Origin: Treponema sp.
GTDB taxonomy: Bacteria; Spirochaetota; Spirochaetia; Treponematales; Treponemataceae
DNA length: 64,000 bases
Direction: 5' to 3'
Assembly (NCBI GenBank): GCA_017446265.1
Contig: JAFSRD010000037.1
Coordinates: 263 to 64,262 of the forward strand
In this document: piece after piece, positions 46,620 to 55,900 of the stretch
Layout: every line of letters begins with the position of its first letter
Position numbering within the stretch: position 1 is the first letter of the stretch
Made by a program: the position numbers and the translations under genes
Notes under the pieces: generated by a model
Told to the model about the DNA's origin: nothing
Seen by the model: only the letters and a program-made list of their open reading frames with translations
The model's database searches: none

Positions 46620-47789
46620 TTTGTTCGGCATTGCCATATACGAATTAATAATTTTTTCAAAGTATGTTTTATTTGCATCGTATGCGCCTTTAAAAACGGT
46701 GAGCGCAAAAAAGAAAAATCCGTCGTCAGATTTTTTTGTCAATTTTCGGTACACATGCGTTACGCTTTTTTTCTCGCTGTCGTAGAATGTGCAGCGCGTT
46801 ACGTATTTGCCATTTTGCTTTGATATGGAAATAGTGCGCCAGTCTGCATACGAGGTGCCGTTGCTCAAAATGAGGCGGCGGATTGCACTTGCGTCCGCGC
46901 TCTGTGAAGATGTTTTGTTTGGCGGGAGCGCCGCCATAGAAACTGCCGCATCGTTTCCGAGCATCCACATGTTTTCCATTGCGTGATTCCACTGCGCGTC
47001 AAGCTCAACGCTCTGCCCGTCTGATGATGTGAATGTTTTTTTCTCTACATTTTTTTTAAGCGTTGAAGCTGTTTTTTTTGCTGTATACGAATCGGGAAGT
47101 CCTGTAAAGCGTGCGAATGATGTGTCTGCCGACGAAGCGATTTTTCCAGCAGTGACGGCTTCAAACACGATGTCCATGTTGTCCCCTTTTGCTATCTTTT
47201 TTACGTTGAAAAGCGGCACGTAATAATCGTACTCTATGACGACACTCCCTCCAAACTGCATGAAATTGTCCGGCACAATGCGCTCGTTTTGCAGTACGAT
47301 ATGTCCCGCTTTGATTCTGCGCGCGTTTAGCTCATATATCATGTCGTGAAGGTAGTTGATGATTTCACCATCGTACATGGTGCGCTCTGTTACGAGTCGT
47401 TCGCCTGTAATCTCCATATGGTCAGCGTTCGGGTCAACAGTGAAAAAGAGCGTAACAGTGAGTGGTTCAAGATTTTTTTGTGCAGGTGCGTAATAGCGCG
47501 CGGCGTACGTTTTTTCATCATAGCAGAGAAAACCCACATATGATTTTCGCTTAAACGTTTTGTCTTCGTAATACACGTATTCGCCGCTTGTGTCGGCAAC
47601 ATATGGCGTAAATCCCGGAAGTGTGAATGCGCTTGCGGTGCACATAAAAAGTGCTGCTATGACGCATGTTTGTGCTATGCATCGTGTGTGAATTTCGTGC
47701 CTGTTGCCTGCCGTTGTATTGTTTGTGCATGTCACGCTGTTTTTCCACGTAAATCGCGCTGTAAAAAAATTAATAATTTTTCTTGTCAT
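46617..47789 (-). CDS. hypothetical exported protein
   Basis: 390-aa ORF with a hydrophobic segment (..CVIAALFMCTASAF..) about 40 aa from the annotated start. No recognised domain. Confidence 0.7.
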   Translation of the reverse strand: MTRKIINFFTARFTWKNSVTCTNNTTAGNRHEIHTRCIAQTCVIAALFMCTASAFTLPGFTPYVADTSGEYVYYEDKTFKRKSYVGFLCYDEKTYAARYYAPAQKNLEPLTVTLFFTVDPNADHMEITGERLVTERTMYDGEIINYLHDMIYELNARRIKAGHIVLQNERIVPDNFMQFGGSVVIEYDYYVPLFNVKKIAKGDNMDIVFEAVTAGKIASSADTSFARFTGLPDSYTAKKTASTLKKNVEKKTFTSSDGQSVELDAQWNHAMENMWMLGNDAAVSMAALPPNKTSSQSADASAIRRLILSNGTSYADWRTISISKQNGKYVTRCTFYDSEKKSVTHVYRKLTKKSDDGFFFFALTVFKGAYDANKTYFEKIINSYMAMPNK

Positions 47790-47808
47790 ATGCTCCTCCG
47801 TACGGCTT

Positions 47809-49653
47809 TTACTCTGCGTTCAACGCGGCAAGCGCATCATTCACTATTTTTGCTGTGGCATTCGCTGCATCACTTGCAGGAACAAGCGTGCTGTCGCTTT
47901 TGCTGCGCTCTTTTATTTCTACACTCGGCAGATTTTTTTCGCCTGCAACAATGCGCACAGGAATGCCGAGCAAGTCCATGTCGGCAAATTTTACACCCGG
48001 CCGCTCGTTTCTGTCGTCGAGCAACACTTCAATGCCGCGCGACGAGAGCTCGTCATATAGTGCATCGGCGGTTTCTTTTACCGCGCCATCATATTTTATG
48101 GGCACGATTGCAACATGATACGGAGCTGTGCTCATTGGCCAGATAATGCCCTTGTCGTCGTGGTGCGCTTCTATAATAGAGGCGAGCGTTCTATCTACTC
48201 CTATGCCGTAACAACCCATGAGCGGCGTCTGTGCTTTTCCATTTGCATCAAGATATGTTACATTCATCGACTTTGTGTATTTTGTGCCGAGTTTGAAAAT
48301 GTGTCCAAGCTCATTGCCTTTCTTTGTGTAAAGCGTTTCGCCGCACTCTGCGCATTTGTTGCCTGCTTGTACGGTACGCACATCACATGTCATGAACGGC
48401 ACAAAGTCGCGCACTGGTTCAACATGCATAGTGTCAAAATCTTTTTCACCTGAACCAGTAACCGCATCATGGACGCGTACATCATACGTGCCGTCTTTAT
48501 TTTTTTTCATGACGCTTTCGTCTGCAATGAGCGGCAATTTTGTTAATCCCACAGGACCGACAAAACCGTGAGGCGCATTTGAATAAGCGACAACATCTTG
48601 TGCTTCTGCGAGTTCCGCACCGCTCGCTTTTAGTGCAGCTGCAAGCTTTGCTTCGTTTACGTCCAAATCGCCGCGAATTGCGACGGCTGCAAAACTTTCG
48701 GGATAATATTCTGTGCCGCTTTCATCTTTTTCTTTTTTGAAAGAGCCGGGCGCGTCTGATAAATCAAGTGCACAATTGTACACTTTGTAGATGAGTACTT
48801 TTATAAATTGCATTGCGCTCATCTTAAAAAATTGCTCCATCTGCTCAATTGTTTCAACACCGGGGCACGCAACTTTTTCAATTGGCTGTATTGCAGGTTT
48901 TTGCGCGTCACCGTTTGCGTCCAATGCCACATCGTGGGCACATGTTGCTTTTTCAACATTTGCAGCGTAACCGCACTTTGGACACAAGATGAGCGTGTTG
49001 TCGCCAATTTCGCTTTCCACCATGAACTCTTCAGAGCCTGAACCGCCCATGGCGCCTGTGTCTGCGCGCACTGAAATAACATCTAACCCCATGCGTTTGA
49101 AAATGCGCCTGTATGCGCGCGCACATTTTTCGTAGCTTTCGTCAAGCGAGCGCACGTCTGCATCAAACGAGTAAGCGTCCATCATAATGAATTCTCTGCC
49201 ACGCATGACGCCGTAGCGCGGCCTGATTTCGTCGCGATATTTTGTGTTGATTTGATATATGAAAATAGGCAATTGCTTGTACGACGTAAGCCCGTCGCGA
49301 ATGAGTGCGGTGAACGCTTCTTCTGCGGTGGGACTTATAATCATGTCTTGCCCGCTTCTTGTTTTTGCACGCAGCATTTCTTCACCAAATGTTTGCCAGC
49401 GTCCGCTTTCTTTCCATAAGTCGCCTGGCTGCACGACAGTTGGCTTTATTTCAAGGATGCCTGCCGCATCAAGTTCCTCTCGAATAATGGTTTCTACTTT
49501 GCGATATGCGCGAAAACCGAACGGCATGTATGCGTACAATCCGTTTGCCAATTTTTTGATAAGCCCTGCGCGCATCATAAGCTGGTGGCTTGCAATAACG
49601 GCATCGCTTGGCGCTTCACGCAACGTTGAAATAAGTGTTTGGGATGCTTTCAT
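47809..49653 (-). CDS. proS: proline--tRNA ligase
   Basis: Class II aaRS motifs (..FRDEIRPRYGVMRGREF.., ..GCYGIGVDR..). Start chosen at MKASQTLISTLREAP. Confidence 0.95.
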   Translation of the reverse strand: MKASQTLISTLREAPSDAVIASHQLMMRAGLIKKLANGLYAYMPFGFRAYRKVETIIREELDAAGILEIKPTVVQPGDLWKESGRWQTFGEEMLRAKTRSGQDMIISPTAEEAFTALIRDGLTSYKQLPIFIYQINTKYRDEIRPRYGVMRGREFIMMDAYSFDADVRSLDESYEKCARAYRRIFKRMGLDVISVRADTGAMGGSGSEEFMVESEIGDNTLILCPKCGYAANVEKATCAHDVALDANGDAQKPAIQPIEKVACPGVETIEQMEQFFKMSAMQFIKVLIYKVYNCALDLSDAPGSFKKEKDESGTEYYPESFAAVAIRGDLDVNEAKLAAALKASGAELAEAQDVVAYSNAPHGFVGPVGLTKLPLIADESVMKKNKDGTYDVRVHDAVTGSGEKDFDTMHVEPVRDFVPFMTCDVRTVQAGNKCAECGETLYTKKGNELGHIFKLGTKYTKSMNVTYLDANGKAQTPLMGCYGIGVDRTLASIIEAHHDDKGIIWPMSTAPYHVAIVPIKYDGAVKETADALYDELSSRGIEVLLDDRNERPGVKFADMDLLGIPVRIVAGEKNLPSVEIKERSKSDSTLVPASDAANATAKIVNDALAALNAE

Positions 49654-49707
49654 TCTGCTATTGTAGCGCAAGCACAATCGTTCTGCAAGTTGCACGTTTT
49701 GATGTTC

Positions 49708-50460
49708 ATGCATTTCTTGACGAGTTTTCCACTTTCGGTGTATACTGCTTTTGTGGCATTGCTGTATATTGTAGGCACGCCGATTGGCAATCTTAGCGAC
49801 ATTACGTTACGCGCGCTTGAAACGTTTAAGAACGCCGATGTCATTGCTTGCGAAGATACGCGCCATACGCTTGCGCTTTTGACGCATTTTGACATACGAA
49901 AGCCGCTTGTGTCGTGCCGCGCGCAAAATGAAGAGAAAGCTGCTAAAAAAATTGTCGAACTGCTCAGAAATGGTAAAAATGTGGCATATGCGAGTGATGC
50001 AGGCACGCCTGGCATAAGCGACCCGGGTGCAGTTCTAGCAGGATTTGTGCGCAACGCAGGGTTTCAAGTAGTTCCGATTCCCGGTGCGTCTGCGTTTGCA
50101 ACGCTTGTGAGCGTGGCAGGACAGGGCGGAAAAACGCTTGTTTTTGAAGGATTTTTGTCTCCTGCGTCGGGAAAGCGGCGCAAGCGACTCAAGGAGCTGC
50201 TCGACATGGGAAATGCTGTTATTTTATACGAATCTCCGTATAGAATCCTAAAGTTGCTTTCCGATATAGCCGATATTGATAAAGACCGCCGTGTGGTGGT
50301 TGGCAGGGAGATGACAAAGTTGCACGAGGAAATTGTCGAGGGAACAGCGGCAGAATTGCATGCAGATTTTGCTGCGCGTGAGGCAATAAAAGGAGAATGT
50401 GCGCTTTTTGTCGCAGGCGTAAAAAAACTCAACTTTAATGGAAAATCTACCGATAATTAA
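49708..50460 (+). CDS. rsmI: 16S rRNA (cytidine1402-2'-O)-methyltransferase
   Basis: LYIVGTPIGNLSDITLRALE and GTPGISDPG motifs. The exact start is uncertain (ATG 49708 or GTG 49738). Confidence 0.88.
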   Translation: MHFLTSFPLSVYTAFVALLYIVGTPIGNLSDITLRALETFKNADVIACEDTRHTLALLTHFDIRKPLVSCRAQNEEKAAKKIVELLRNGKNVAYASDAGTPGISDPGAVLAGFVRNAGFQVVPIPGASAFATLVSVAGQGGKTLVFEGFLSPASGKRRKRLKELLDMGNAVILYESPYRILKLLSDIADIDKDRRVVVGREMTKLHEEIVEGTAAELHADFAAREAIKGECALFVAGVKKLNFNGKSTDN

Positions 50461-50481
50461 TGGTAGGGGGGGCAGGACAAG

Positions 50482-50769
50482 ATGATGATAGACAAAATTG
50501 GAGGAATAAATCCTCTTAGCAACGTGCAGAACACGCGTCGTGCAAACGGTGTGGAAAATGTGAAGTTCGGCAACGATTCAATCAGCGTCTCGGAAGAAGC
50601 AAAACGCATGGCGGCTCTTTACTACATGAAAGAAGTTGCAGCGACAACTCCTGATGTCCGTGCAGATCGTATTGCGGAAGTAAAAGCGAAAATTCAGGAT
50701 CCGTCTTATCTGAACAACGCCGTATTGGAGTCAACTGCTGACCGCATCATGACAAGTTTTGGTCTTTGA
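50482..50769 (+). CDS. flgM: anti-sigma-28 factor FlgM
   Basis: 95 aa. The C-terminal ..RIAEVKAKIQDPSY.. is typical of FlgM. Confidence 0.8.
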   Translation: MMIDKIGGINPLSNVQNTRRANGVENVKFGNDSISVSEEAKRMAALYYMKEVAATTPDVRADRIAEVKAKIQDPSYLNNAVLESTADRIMTSFGL

Positions 50770-50805
50770 GTTTTACACGCGCAAAAATTATTAATCAAAT
50801 AAAAA

Positions 50806-50834
50806 AGGCGGAAACATAATTCCGTCTTTTTTTG
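50806..50834 (+). terminator. rho-independent terminator after flgM
   Basis: aggcggaa-acataa-ttccgtct followed by a T-run (tttttttgtttt). Confidence 0.75.
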
Positions 50835-50851
50835 TTTTGAAGGATAACCAT

Positions 50852-52000
50852 ATGGCAGATTTTATTTTCCGTATTTCACCGAATATTGTGCTTGGTTCCT
50901 ACACGTTGAGCCGCATTGGACAGTACGCGCGTGAATATGGCGTGCGTTTCCTCGTCGTGATGGACCCTATCTTAAAAGAAGTGAATCTTGCAGATAAACT
51001 TTTGCAGCCTCTTTCTGATCGCAGCATAGATTACTTTGTCTTTAGCGAATTTAGCGAGAGCGCAGATACAAAAACGATTGAGCGCGTTCTCAATCTTGCA
51101 CGCGACGGTCACATTCACGGCATTATCGCTGCAGGCGGTTCAAAAGTGCTGAATATGGGCTGTGCTGTTGCATCGCTCTATAACGAAAATCACAACTTGT
51201 ATGATTATGTTGATGGCGCGGTGCCGACGACAAGCGCGCTGCCGCTCATCTGCGTGCCGACAACAATCCGCGAGCCATTTATCTATACTGCATTTACACC
51301 GGTAGTAGATTCGCGCTCGCATCAAATAAAATTGTTAAAAGGGCAGAACGGGCTATGCAAACTTGCAGTGCTCGATCCTAACCTGACGCTTACGCTTTCG
51401 GAAAATCAAAACATTTCCATGCTGCTTGAAACAATGTGCCTTGCGCTGGAGGCGTACCTTTCGCAAAAAGCATCGTTCTTCAGCGACATGCTTATTGAAA
51501 AAGCAGTTGAACTTATCGGATATGTCATAGTTGGCTCGCCATCGCTTGAAATTACAACGCCTGTGGAGATATTGAAATCGCAGGCGGGATGCATGGCTTC
51601 GCTCGGCGCGGCAACAAGTTCGCCAGGTCTTGGAACGCTTTTAGCGCTCTGCATCAATTCTCGATTTAATATTTCTCGTTCGCTCGTCTTGTCAATTCTG
51701 TTTCCGTTTATTATTGAAGATGCAGGCAAATTCAAAACAGAGCGCGTCGAGCGACTTGCACGTATTTCGCGCATTATTCCCGATGACGTGCACGGCGAAG
51801 AGGCTGTCCTTGTATTTGCAGAAAACATCAGGCAGCAGCTGGCAAAGGCAAATCTTCCTACGCGCTTAAAAGATTTGTCTGTTTCTGTAGAGCAGCTTGC
51901 GCTTGCCGCAGAAGATGCCGGCCAGCTTGAAATTGCGAACATGTTGCCGCGCAGCATGACAGCAGACGATTTATTTGATTTTATTAAATCAGCATATTAG
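50852..52000 (+). CDS. iron-containing alcohol dehydrogenase-family protein
   Basis: Fe-ADH fold pattern (..IIAAGGSKVLNMGCAVA.., ..ICVPTT..). The metal-ligand histidines were not confidently seen. Confidence 0.7.
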   Translation: MADFIFRISPNIVLGSYTLSRIGQYAREYGVRFLVVMDPILKEVNLADKLLQPLSDRSIDYFVFSEFSESADTKTIERVLNLARDGHIHGIIAAGGSKVLNMGCAVASLYNENHNLYDYVDGAVPTTSALPLICVPTTIREPFIYTAFTPVVDSRSHQIKLLKGQNGLCKLAVLDPNLTLTLSENQNISMLLETMCLALEAYLSQKASFFSDMLIEKAVELIGYVIVGSPSLEITTPVEILKSQAGCMASLGAATSSPGLGTLLALCINSRFNISRSLVLSILFPFIIEDAGKFKTERVERLARISRIIPDDVHGEEAVLVFAENIRQQLAKANLPTRLKDLSVSVEQLALAAEDAGQLEIANMLPRSMTADDLFDFIKSAY

Positions 52001-52003
52001 TGG

Positions 52004-52846
52004 ATGCGCTCTGCTTCTATGATTACTCCTGAAAAACTGTTTCAACTTGAAGGCGGGCAGCGCAGAAGGAAACTTGCGCTCACGTTTGGCGCTCTTGAAC
52101 GCGACATTGCAGGCATTGCAGAAAATGGCAGCGAATACCATTTCCCGTCCATGACGCGTCAGGAATATACGCGTCGCCTTGCAGAAATCGTTTTAAAAGA
52201 CAACGCACTGCCAGAGGAGGCTGCCGCCGAGCTCCGCACGCTTCTTGCGGCAAATCCGTTTGATGAGCGGCGCACATGCAACGCAGCAAGAAATCATCTT
52301 TTGGCAATTATTGGTACATTCCCTGCTGAATGGGATTTAGTGATTGCGCCTCATACGGTTCCATATGATGAAAGCGGCATGGTAAAAGTTCGCGATTTTT
52401 TCCCGGGCGTATGCGTGTATGCAGAAGACATCCGCTCTCCATTCAATATTGGCTCAATTTTTAGAACGGCAGAAGCGCTCGGTGTAGAAAAGCTCTATTT
52501 GTCACCATTTTGTATAAACCCATTGCATCAGCGTGCTGTGCGGAGCAGCATGGGTTGTATTGAAACGCTCGGCTACGAGCGCAAACGACTTGAAGATTTG
52601 CCGAATGATATTCCCGTGTTTGTGCTTGAAACTGGTGGTACGCCTATTTCAGATTTTTCATTTCCAGAAAGCGGTGTGTGCATCATCGGTTCGGAGGAGC
52701 TTGGCGCAAGTCCTGAAGCTCTTGCACGAGCGTCGTATGGGTGCGTTTCAATTCCTATGAAAGGTTTAAAGGCATCGCTCAACGTAGGTGTTGCGCTTGG
52801 GATTTTGCTTGAAAGATGGACAGCGCATATTGCTGCAAAAAGATAA
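52004..52846 (+). CDS. TrmH/SpoU-family RNA 2'-O-methyltransferase
   Basis: Motifs NIGSIFRTAEALG, VLETGG, IIGSEELG and SLNVGVA. Confidence 0.85.
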   Translation: MRSASMITPEKLFQLEGGQRRRKLALTFGALERDIAGIAENGSEYHFPSMTRQEYTRRLAEIVLKDNALPEEAAAELRTLLAANPFDERRTCNAARNHLLAIIGTFPAEWDLVIAPHTVPYDESGMVKVRDFFPGVCVYAEDIRSPFNIGSIFRTAEALGVEKLYLSPFCINPLHQRAVRSSMGCIETLGYERKRLEDLPNDIPVFVLETGGTPISDFSFPESGVCIIGSEELGASPEALARASYGCVSIPMKGLKASLNVGVALGILLERWTAHIAAKR

Positions 52847-52852
52847 AGATGA

Positions 52853-54358
52853 CTATCTGCCGCTGTTTTCCCGTTTGTATGCGGCAAGCATTCTTTCTGA
52901 AACAGATTTGCACTGTTCTTCAGACGTGATTTTAAAAAGCGCAAGCGCCGAAGGGTCAATTTGATAAAAATCTATGTCACCGCGTTGATAGTGCACTATC
53001 GCGTCTGCAAGATAAACGAGCGTTGTAAGTTTTTGCAATTCTTTTGGAGCTGATTCAGGTTCATGGTGGTATCTGATGACGTTTACAATCGTGTCGGGAA
53101 AATTCCATTTTTCTGCGACATGCGCACCTATTTCACCGTGGTTTACACCGGAAATAAGTTTTTCAAATGTTCCCTGCGATGCGCCTTTGTCTTTGCAGAT
53201 GAGCATGACGCGTTTAAGCAAATCGGGATGCGCTGTTTCAAAAATAATTTTGCCCATGTCGTGCAACAAGCCGCATACATACGCGTCATCTATGACGCTT
53301 CTGTCGTTTGAGCAGAAGTTGCGTGCTATGTTATATGAGTAAAATGCCACTTGATACGCATGTTGCCACAATTCTTCTTTGCTTCCTGCCGCTTTTTCAA
53401 GCGCTTCAAGTGAGCCGATGCTGTACAGTAAATTTTTTATGCCACGAATGCCGACGAGTTTTACCGCATCTGCAATGTTTGAGCATGGTGTTGCAAGTGC
53501 AAATGCCGCTGAATTAACAAGTTTTAATAATTCACCGGTGAGCGTAACGTCGCTGCTTATCTGCATTGCTATGTCGGACATCTTTGAGTCGGGGTCGCTT
53601 AACAAACGGTTTAAGCGTGAAATGTTGTCAGGGAATTGCGGCAAGTCATTTATAGCTCTGATAAATTCAGTTGCAACTATAGACATTTCTTGCTGCGTTT
53701 TTTCGCTGAGCGGCAAGATGATGCGCGTAACTGTTTCGCCGTTTTCGGAAAGCGTTTGGAAATTATCTTCTGTAAGTCCGATTTTTTCGAGCATGAGAAT
53801 CATTATGACAAGACCAAGCCCCGCGCCTTCTGAATCATCAAGTACTTGTGAAATGGCTTCTTCAACAGAAGTGAACTGTTGCGCACGCGTGAGCTTGTCG
53901 TGAATGCGCTTGTATTCAAAAATAGTCAGTTCTGCGTTGTTGCGCACTTCAAGTTTAATTTTATTATTGCGCATCTGAAGCAACATCTTTATATAGAACT
54001 TTTCTTTTTTTTGCAATTGCAAATAGTAGTTGATATTGCCGAGCGTATAATTTTTGAATGTCGCCATGCCGGTGCGATAATCGTTTGCATTCATAATATC
54101 AAGATTTTTTTCTTGAAAATATATGCGCTTTGTATTTGCCTTTTTTGCGTTTGTCGTGAGCTCATTCAAACAATAACTCAAATATTGAATCATATGGGCT
54201 TGTTCCAGCTCTGTAAGAAAGATAGTGAGCACATCACCCATATACGCTTCCATTTCGTGTGGCAATGTATAAGTGGTGATAGACAGCGGAAGCCCGGATC
54301 GAATTGCCATCTTAATTTTTTCAGAATCAACTGCTATTTTTTTTGCGGACATAAGCAT
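52853..54358 (-). CDS. HDOD-domain signalling protein with an N-terminal GHKL/anti-sigma-kinase-like ATPase module
   Basis: N-terminal ..NELTTNAKKAN.. and ..DDSEGAGLGLVIM.. (N- and G-box-like). C-terminal HDOD/HD-like region ..GLLHDMGKI...NHGEIGA.. Confidence 0.75.
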   Translation of the reverse strand: MLMSAKKIAVDSEKIKMAIRSGLPLSITTYTLPHEMEAYMGDVLTIFLTELEQAHMIQYLSYCLNELTTNAKKANTKRIYFQEKNLDIMNANDYRTGMATFKNYTLGNINYYLQLQKKEKFYIKMLLQMRNNKIKLEVRNNAELTIFEYKRIHDKLTRAQQFTSVEEAISQVLDDSEGAGLGLVIMILMLEKIGLTEDNFQTLSENGETVTRIILPLSEKTQQEMSIVATEFIRAINDLPQFPDNISRLNRLLSDPDSKMSDIAMQISSDVTLTGELLKLVNSAAFALATPCSNIADAVKLVGIRGIKNLLYSIGSLEALEKAAGSKEELWQHAYQVAFYSYNIARNFCSNDRSVIDDAYVCGLLHDMGKIIFETAHPDLLKRVMLICKDKGASQGTFEKLISGVNHGEIGAHVAEKWNFPDTIVNVIRYHHEPESAPKELQKLTTLVYLADAIVHYQRGDIDFYQIDPSALALFKITSEEQCKSVSERMLAAYKRENSGR

Positions 54359-54439
54359 CTCCAGCGCGAAAAAATATATGCATATAAACGGCTACAGAAA
54401 ATTAATAATACTATATCATATTATAAGAAAAAGGTAAAT

Positions 54440-54455
54440 ACATACGCAATCTATG
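54440..54455 (+). repeat. 16-bp direct repeat, left copy (acatacgcaatctatg)
   Basis: Identical to 54801-54816. Similarity continues imperfectly for about 15 more nt. Confidence 0.85.
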
Positions 54456-54457
54456 TC

Positions 54458-54713
54458 GTGTTGTAGAGAAGTGCAACTCTAAAAATAATGTATTCTGTGT
54501 AAATCTAAAAAAGGCTCTCGGCGAGAACCTGCCTCTAAACACACGGTGGAACGTAATAGGTATTGGACTGCGCTACACTCCCTGCCTGACCTGACGGCCG
54601 TCAGGTCAGGCAGGTCATTTCGCTTGCCAACATTCCAAGTGTGTTTTTAGGCAGAACCTCGCCTGCGCCATTTCCAAATTTGCTTTTTTTATAAATGCCC
54701 TTCTCTACAACAC
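54458..54713. repeat. ~256-bp imperfect foldback (MITE-like) element with a perfect 34-bp central palindrome (54581-54614)
   Basis: Three nested complementary blocks. Block 1: 14-bp termini gtgttgtagagaag / cttctctacaacac. Block 2: ggcgagaacctgcctctaaacacac (54520-54544) against gtgtgtttttaggcagaacctcgcc (54639-54663). Block 3: cctgcctgacctgacgg|ccgtcaggtcaggcagg. Confidence 0.8.
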
Positions 54714-54740
54714 TCGCAACGATGACGAAAAGTTATGGAA

Positions 54741-54796
54741 GATAAGCGTTAATCTTATAATTATAAAAAAGCAATAATTTAAGATTAACGCTTATC
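54741..54796. repeat. perfect 17-bp inverted repeat (gataagcgttaatctta ... taagattaacgcttatc, 22-nt spacer)
   Basis: Read directly. It lies between the foldback element and the right copy of the direct repeat. Confidence 0.8.
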
Positions 54797-54800
54797 ATTG

Positions 54801-54816
54801 ACATACGCAATCTATG
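54801..54816 (+). repeat. 16-bp direct repeat, right copy (acatacgcaatctatg)
   Basis: Identical to 54440-54455. Confidence 0.85.
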
Positions 54817-54861
54817 CCGCGCAATTGTTGAGTTTTTGCGCATTTTCAGCTATTATGAATT

Positions 54862-55884
54862 ATGTCAAATTCTGTTCTTGGCAATTTGCTTGTCGCCTTT
54901 TTGCTCGTTGCAGCAAGCAGCCGCATTTTTTTTCTCAAGCATGAGCGCGTAGATGCTGTTGCTGTCCTCGTTCCGCTTGCGTTTGTGGCAAGCGTGTTGC
55001 AGATTGTTGCCTGGAATGCTGATGCTGTTTCGGTGCTGCTGTTCGTGCTTTCTTGCCTTGCATTTTTTGTAAACATACGTGCGCTTTCTCGCGTTGCAGC
55101 AAAATCATATGCAGATGTGTACAGCCCGGTGTTCATCGTGCTTTCCATGCTTATTGCCATTGCATCTCTTGCTGCTGCATTTTTAGCGGTACGATATGCT
55201 CCTGTCAACATGATGCCGAAAACATACGATGTTGTTGAGACAAAGACACGTCTCGTAGGAAATTTTACAGACGGTTTTAAAGAAGCAGGCTATTTTGCTT
55301 TGTCTGATGCCACGCTGTATCTGTACGAGCCGCTCGGCGAAAAAAAATCTGATGCAGTGGTGATTGTCGGAAGCGACAAGCGTGGAGATGCGGCATCGTA
55401 TCGTCCGTACATGATGCTGCTTGCGCAAAAAGGGTATGCGGTGCTCACCTGCGACTTTTATGTTGATGCGTGGTTCAGTTCGCTGTTTGACACACGCTAT
55501 GTGCGCCGCCTTGCAATGCTCGTTTCTTTTTTTTACGACGCAGAGCGATTTTCACGGCAAAAAGATTTTTACACGTTCAACATGCGGCGTGAGTATGCGG
55601 CAATGATGGCGCTTGCGTGTCAAAGATTCGGAGATGACGTGCGCTTTTGCATCATCTGCGACGGTATGGCAGATAACGCTGCTGTTGATATTGTGCGACA
55701 AGATGCAAGCAACGTTATGAGCGCGCTCGCACTTGACAGCATAAGCGAATATAGAACACCTGGATTTGGATTTATTGAGCAGACAGATCCGCTGCTTGCA
55801 GCATACTTTGGACACGCGCGAGATAAGACAGCATTCATTCCGCGCTACCTTGTGCTGCAAACAATAAAGCGGCTTGAACAATAA
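54862..55884 (+). CDS. membrane-anchored hypothetical protein (possible alpha/beta-hydrolase-like C-terminal domain)
   Basis: Four N-terminal hydrophobic helices followed by a ~230-aa soluble domain. No clear catalytic motif was seen. Confidence 0.7.
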   Translation: MSNSVLGNLLVAFLLVAASSRIFFLKHERVDAVAVLVPLAFVASVLQIVAWNADAVSVLLFVLSCLAFFVNIRALSRVAAKSYADVYSPVFIVLSMLIAIASLAAAFLAVRYAPVNMMPKTYDVVETKTRLVGNFTDGFKEAGYFALSDATLYLYEPLGEKKSDAVVIVGSDKRGDAASYRPYMMLLAQKGYAVLTCDFYVDAWFSSLFDTRYVRRLAMLVSFFYDAERFSRQKDFYTFNMRREYAAMMALACQRFGDDVRFCIICDGMADNAAVDIVRQDASNVMSALALDSISEYRTPGFGFIEQTDPLLAAYFGHARDKTAFIPRYLVLQTIKRLEQ

Positions 55885-55900
55885 TTTTTAGGAACGGTAT

